Below, in pieces: positions 59,253 through 64,000 of a DNA stretch of 64,000 bases. The stretch is from positions 20,564-84,563 of the forward strand of contig JAEWEG010000014.1 of the NCBI GenBank assembly GCA_023389575.1, given 5' to 3'. The notes beneath the pieces are model-generated. The model ran no database searches and had not been told where the DNA came from. It saw only the letters and a program-made list of their open reading frames with translations. Each line of letters opens with the position of its first letter. Positions within the stretch are counted from its first letter, which is position 1. A program made the position numbers and the translations under genes. This DNA is from Chloroflexota bacterium (lineage in GTDB: Bacteria > Chloroflexota > Chloroflexia > Thermomicrobiales > UBA6265).

Positions 59253-59438
59253 TTACCAGCTCGACTTGGTCACGCCAGGGAGGCGGCCCACCGAGGCCAG
59301 TTCCCGGAAGCAGATGCGGCAAACGCCGAACTTCCGCATGTAGGCGCGCGGGCGGCCACAAACCTTGCAGCGGTTGTGGGCGCGGGTCGAGTACTTGGGT
59401 GTGCGCTGAGACTTGACGATCAAGCTCGTCTTGGCCAT
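59253..59438 (-). CDS. rpsZ: 30S ribosomal protein S14, type Z (zinc-binding)
   Basis: 61 aa with [23 protein letters not shown]. Confidence 0.95.
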   Translation of the reverse strand: MAKTSLIVKSQRTPKYSTRAHNRCKVCGRPRAYMRKFGVCRICFRELASVGRLPGVTKSSW

Positions 59439-59458
59439 GGTTCCTCCGTGTCTCCCGG

Positions 59459-59998
59459 CTACCGCGCGAACGGCATGCCGAGGCGGGCGAGCAGTTGCCG
59501 CCCTTCCTCATCGGTGCGCGCGGTCGTCACGAAGCTGATTTCAAGGCCGCGCACCTTGTCGATCTGGTCGTACTCGATCTCGGGGAACATCAGCTGCTCC
59601 CGGAGTCCCAGCGTGTAGTTCCCGCGGCCGTCGAACGAATTCGGCGAGACACCGCGGAAGTCCCGGATCCGTGGCAGCGCGACGGCCGTCAACCGATCGT
59701 AGAACTCATACATGCGATCGCCGCGAAGGGTGACCATCGCGCCAATCGGCATTCCAGCTCGCAGCTTGAAGGCCGCGATCGACTTCTTCGCCCGGGTGAT
59801 CACCGGTGCCTGGCCCGTGATGTAGCGAAGGTCGTTGACGGCGGCATCGAGGGCCCGTCCGTTCTGGACAGCCTCACCAAGACCGATGTTCACCACGATC
59901 TTGGTCAGCTTGGGCGCCTGATACACGTTCTTGTAGCCGAAATCGCTGATAAGGGCGGGTACAACCTCGTCCTGATAGCGATCGCGTACGCGTGGCAT
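59459..59998 (-). CDS. rplE: 50S ribosomal protein L5
   Basis: Y.N..Q.PKL.KIV.N.G.GEA...GMPIG..VTLRG..MY.F motifs. Confidence 0.95.
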   Translation of the reverse strand: MPRVRDRYQDEVVPALISDFGYKNVYQAPKLTKIVVNIGLGEAVQNGRALDAAVNDLRYITGQAPVITRAKKSIAAFKLRAGMPIGAMVTLRGDRMYEFYDRLTAVALPRIRDFRGVSPNSFDGRGNYTLGLREQLMFPEIEYDQIDKVRGLEISFVTTARTDEEGRQLLARLGMPFAR

Positions 59999-60156
59999 AA
60001 CAACACCTCATTCCGGATAGGTTCCGGATTCCCATATGCTTCCCGGCGTTCCCACCTGGTCTGCCGCTGTAGACGGCACTCAGGTCGCCGTTCGTCTTAT
60101 TCATTCCCCATATCTTTTTGCCTGGAGAGGAGCAAGGCGCTTATCCGGTCCGGGGC

Positions 60157-60483
60157 CTAGGCCTCGGGGCGGGGTATCACCGCGTCACACTTCTTGCAAA
60201 AACGCTCATTGGCGCCTTCGCCGTTCTCGCGCACACCCACCCGGCTCGGCTGGTTGCAGCTTGGGCAAACCAGCATCACGTTGGAAATGTGCAGTGGGGC
60301 CTCGACCTCGACGATTCCCGCCTGGCGGGCTCGGCCCTGCTTGATGTGCTTTTTGACGATGTTGACGCCCTCGATCACCACCCGGTCGCGATCGGTCAGG
60401 TTCTGGCGAACAACGCCCTTCTGACCCTTGTTGCGACCGCTGGTGACGAGAACCTCGTCGCCACTTCGAATCTTCCTCATCAC
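60157..60483 (-). CDS. rplX: 50S ribosomal protein L24 carrying a CxxC...CxxC motif
   Basis: [19 protein letters not shown] motif. Cysteines at C73/C76/C96/C99. Confidence 0.9.
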   Translation of the reverse strand: MMRKIRSGDEVLVTSGRNKGQKGVVRQNLTDRDRVVIEGVNIVKKHIKQGRARQAGIVEVEAPLHISNVMLVCPSCNQPSRVGVRENGEGANERFCKKCDAVIPRPEA

Positions 60484-60489
60484 CGATCC

Positions 60490-60858
60490 CTACAGCGTTT
60501 CCGGCGCCAGAGACACAATCCGCATGAAGGCTCGCTCACGCAGCTCGCGGCCAACCGGGCCGAAGATGCGAGTTCCACGAGGCGCTCCCTGCGCATTGAT
60601 CAGCACCGCCGCATTGTCATCGAACTTGATGTGGCTACCGTCCGGCCGGCCGTATTCCTGGGCCGTGCGAACGATGACCGCGCGAACGACTTCGCCCTTC
60701 TTCACGGCGGCGTTCGGCTGCGCGACCTTCACCGAAGCGATGATCGTGTCGCCCACGCCACCCCACCGGGGAGCCGAGCCACCCAGCACGCGGATGCACA
60801 TGATTTCACGCGCTCCGCTGTTGTCGGCCACCTTGAGCCGAGTCTGCGTCTGAATCAC
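60490..60858 (-). CDS. rplN: 50S ribosomal protein L14
   Basis: [27 protein letters not shown]. Trimmed to GTG 60858 (122 aa). Confidence 0.95.
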   Translation of the reverse strand: MIQTQTRLKVADNSGAREIMCIRVLGGSAPRWGGVGDTIIASVKVAQPNAAVKKGEVVRAVIVRTAQEYGRPDGSHIKFDDNAAVLINAQGAPRGTRIFGPVGRELRERAFMRIVSLAPETL

Positions 60859-60910
60859 CGTAATCCAACCTTCGGGCAACACCGTCGCCCGCGCTCAGCA
60901 CTCGCCAGAC

Positions 60911-61219
<309 letters not shown>

Positions 61220-61256
61220 ACGATTCCCCTAAATCCTCGCGCCTATTAAATGGCGC

Positions 61257-61459
61257 CTAGTTCGACGCGGCTTGCGCGCGCTGGTTCTCACCGGCGATGG
61301 TGTGAATGCGCGCGATGTCCTTGCGGATCTGGCGAGTGCGGGCGGTCGCGGTCAGGCTGCCAACGGCTTCCTGGAACCGGAGATCGCGCCACTCGGCGTG
61401 CAGTTCCTGCAGGCGCTCTTCAAGCTGCTCGGGGGTCAGCGCACGAATCTCGGCTGGCT

Positions 61460-61463
<4 letters not shown>
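61257..61463 (-). CDS. rpmC: 50S ribosomal protein L29
   Basis: 68 aa. [31 protein letters not shown]. Confidence 0.9.
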
Positions 61464-61906
<443 letters not shown>

Positions 61907-61973
61907 GACATTCGCTCCGCTTCACACTATGCGTGGCCGGGACAGCGGTCCCGGCCCGATGCTCGTTTCGTCC

Positions 61974-62660
61974 CTAGTCGCCGGTGCTGGCCAGGTCGGC
62001 CGTCAACGTCGCCTCGGTGACATTGCTGGCGGCCTTCGGCATCACGTCGCCCTTGTAGACCCACACCTTCACGCCAATCCGCCCGTAGGTGGTGTGCGCG
62101 TGAACGGTGGCAAAGTCGATGTTCGCCCGCAGCGTGTGAAGCGGCACGCGGCCGTCCTTCTCGGTAACCTGGCGGGACATTTCCGCGCCACCGAGACGAC
62201 CAGCCAGCCGGATCTTGACGCCCTTGGCGCCACGCCGCATCGCCTGCTGCACGGCATGCTTCATTGCGCGACGGTACGAGACACGTCGCGCGATTTGCTC
62301 GGCAATGCTCTCCGCGATGAGGCGAGCCTCGATCTCGGGCACCTTGATTTCCTCGATCCGGACGTTGACCTTCTTGCCAACTTCCTTCTCGATCATCTGG
62401 CGCAGCCGCTCAACGTTCGAACCCTGCTTGCCAATGACAATGCCGGGCTTGGACGTGTGCAGCGTGACATCCACCTTGTTGGCCGAGCGCTCGAGCTCGA
62501 TACGAGCGATACCAGCGCGGGTCAACTCCCCGAGGATCAGCTTCCTGATCGCCAGGTCCTCGTGCAACAACTCAGTATACGTGCGTTCGGCAAACCATTT
62601 CGACTCCCAGTCGCTGGCAATACCGAGGCGGAATCCGATGGGATTGACTTTACGGCCCAT
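61974..62660 (-). CDS. rpsC: 30S ribosomal protein S3
   Basis: [13 protein letters not shown]....W.S.W.A KH-domain protein, 228 aa. Confidence 0.95.
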   Translation of the reverse strand: MGRKVNPIGFRLGIASDWESKWFAERTYTELLHEDLAIRKLILGELTRAGIARIELERSANKVDVTLHTSKPGIVIGKQGSNVERLRQMIEKEVGKKVNVRIEEIKVPEIEARLIAESIAEQIARRVSYRRAMKHAVQQAMRRGAKGVKIRLAGRLGGAEMSRQVTEKDGRVPLHTLRANIDFATVHAHTTYGRIGVKVWVYKGDVMPKAASNVTEATLTADLASTGD

Positions 62661-63001
62661 TAGCGGCTGCCCCTCTCTTCTGCGACGACCGTGATATGTG
62701 TCGATCGGCGGATGATTTTGCCAACTCGACCGCGCGCCTTCGGCTTGAACCGGCGCATCTGCGATGCATCGTCGGCGTAGATCGCCTTGATCCAGAGATC
62801 GTCCGGATCGAGGTCGTAGTTGTTTTCCGCGTTGGCCGAAACCGACCTCAGCAATTGCTCGACATCAACAGCGGCCTTGTTCGGCACGAACTTCATGATC
62901 TCGATTGCCTCGGATACCTTCTTGCCGCGGACCATGTCCACAACCAGGCGGGCTTTCCGAGGTGAAACGCGGACGCGTTGTACGCTTGCTCGAACTTCCA
63001 T
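62660..63001 (-). CDS. rplV: 50S ribosomal protein L22
   Basis: [21 protein letters not shown] motif. Confidence 0.95.
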   Translation of the reverse strand: MEVRASVQRVRVSPRKARLVVDMVRGKKVSEAIEIMKFVPNKAAVDVEQLLRSVSANAENNYDLDPDDLWIKAIYADDASQMRRFKPKARGRVGKIIRRSTHITVVAEERGSR

Positions 63002-63022
63002 CGTTCAGTCCTCTAGCCTCGC

Positions 63023-63304
63023 CTACCGGCGACCACGGCGATCGGCGTCCTTGCCGTGACCCCGGAAGGTACGGGTCGGCGCGAATTCGCCAAGCTTGTG
63101 ACCAACCATCTGCTCGGTCATGAAGATCGGCACATGCTGCCGGCCGTTGTGGATGGCGACCGTGTGGCCAACCATTCCCGGGAAGATGGTGCTGTCCCGC
63201 GCCCAGGTGCGAATCACGGTTCGCTGATTGGTGCGGTTGAGTACATCGATCTTCTTTTCCAGCTTGGGATCGATGTACGGTCCCTTCTTTGATGATCTCG
63301 ACAT
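63023..63304 (-). CDS. rpsS: 30S ribosomal protein S19
   Basis: [12 protein letters not shown]......RTWAR.STI.P.MVGHT.A.HNG motifs. Confidence 0.95.
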   Translation of the reverse strand: MSRSSKKGPYIDPKLEKKIDVLNRTNQRTVIRTWARDSTIFPGMVGHTVAIHNGRQHVPIFMTEQMVGHKLGEFAPTRTFRGHGKDADRRGRR

Positions 63305-63384
63305 TGTGTTCTCCTGGATTCTGCCCAGCGATCAGTGCGCTTCCCTCGTCGAACCGCGAAGCACATTCGTATCGCGGCCGGTGG

Positions 63385-64000
63385 TTAGCGTCGCTTCTGC
63401 GGGCGACGGCGAACAATCATCGAGTCGGTCCGCTTGCTGTTCCGCGTGCGCTGGAACGCAGGCTTGCCCCACTTCGTCTTCGGCTGGCCACCAATTGGCG
63501 CCTTGCCTTCACCACCACCATGCGGATGGTCGCGCGGGTTCATCACGGAACCGCGAACGGTTGGGCGGCGGCCCATGTGGCGGCTGCGGCCCGCCTTGCC
63601 GATCTGGACGTTCTCGTGATCCACGTTGCCAACCTGGCCGAGCGTGGCCATGCAGGTCAGCAGCACCAGGCGAACCTCGCCGGATGGCATGCGGATCTGG
63701 GCGTAATCGCCGACCTTCGCCATCAACTGGGCCGAGGTGCCGGCCGAGCGGACGAGCTGTCCACCCTTGCCCGGGTAGAGCTCGATGTTGTGGATCTGCG
63801 TACCGGTCGGGATGTTCGACAGCGGCAGCGCGTTCCCGGTGCGGATCGGTGCTTCCGGTCCGGAGACGACCATGTCGTCCACGCGAACCCCGAGCGGCGC
63901 CAGGATGTAGCGCTTCTCACCATCCACATAGAAGAGGAGGGCGATACGCGCCGAGCGGTTCGGATCGTACTCGATGGCGGCGACGCGAGCGGGAATCCCC
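63385..64000 (-). CDS. rplB: 50S ribosomal protein L2 (C-terminal ~205 aa; N-terminus lies beyond the window)
   Basis: [19 protein letters not shown]...GGGEGK.P motifs. The reading frame stays open to the window end. Confidence 0.95.
   Translation of the reverse strand, partial: GIPARVAAIEYDPNRSARIALLFYVDGEKRYILAPLGVRVDDMVVSGPEAPIRTGNALPLSNIPTGTQIHNIELYPGKGGQLVRSAGTSAQLMAKVGDYAQIRMPSGEVRLVLLTCMATLGQVGNVDHENVQIGKAGRSRHMGRRPTVRGSVMNPRDHPHGGGEGKAPIGGQPKTKWGKPAFQRTRNSKRTDSMIVRRRPQKRR

Overview
This is a visibly GC-rich bacterial chromosomal segment made almost entirely of core housekeeping genes. Three things suggest a high-GC Terrabacteria lineage, plausibly Chloroflexota/Thermomicrobia, though this is inference only. 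They are Bacillus-like synteny (tmk-darA; rplQ-truA-rplM-rpsI), a type-Z S14, and tails on several ribosomal proteins.

Content from left to right:
- 1-2700: a GIY-YIG gene fragment at the window edge, comM/yifB and a DUF983 gene.
- 2809-9459: a his operon (hisG-C-B-H-A-F-IE, no hisD) coupled to a HIT-family fusion gene.
- 9551-13722: an MFS transporter, an aminotransferase and an aldehyde/P5C dehydrogenase.
- 13762-21029, minus strand: a tightly coupled acyl-CoA/ETF operon (ACAD, thiolase, gamma-CA-like, crotonase, etfB, etfA, fixC-like, VOC).
- 21135-25846: birA, corC-like, prs, glmU and tRNA-Gln.
- 26290-27900: an NrtR-like regulator with nadK.
- 28058-37454: a Zn-ribbon membrane protein, darA, tmk, a Ycf45-like R3H ATPase, a GNAT-like gene, recR, a small Zn-ribbon protein, ftsK and a family-4 UDG.
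- 37602-43634: a large secreted PIG-L deacetylase plus a sugar ABC importer.
- 43809-48239: a DnaQ-Cho fusion nuclease divergent from ligA.
- 48526-64000: rpsI-rplM-truA and the alpha/spc/S10 ribosomal cluster, ending in partial rplB.

Three features are absent from the ORF track and were read directly from the sequence: rpmJ (L36), tRNA-Gln(UUG) and the GIY-YIG fragment.

I found no CRISPR array, transposase, integrase, phage, toxin-antitoxin or recognisable defence genes. I do not think this window is an accessory island or holds a clear novel multi-gene system.

The most unexplained signal is a pair of block-conserved, AT-rich elements of about 130 bp in inverted orientation (301-430 and 26025-26153). 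Each lies upstream of and is co-oriented with a gene, and each forms a hairpin whose sequence differs between copies around an invariant 12-mer.

Secondary curiosities:
- Unusual domain fusions in HisI-HisE-tail, HIT plus an unknown domain, and DnaQ-Cho.
- A degenerate-Nudix NrtR next to nadK.
- infA and rpsD missing from their canonical slots.
- Long spacers inside the ribosomal operons.
- A structured 286-nt ligA/rpsI spacer.
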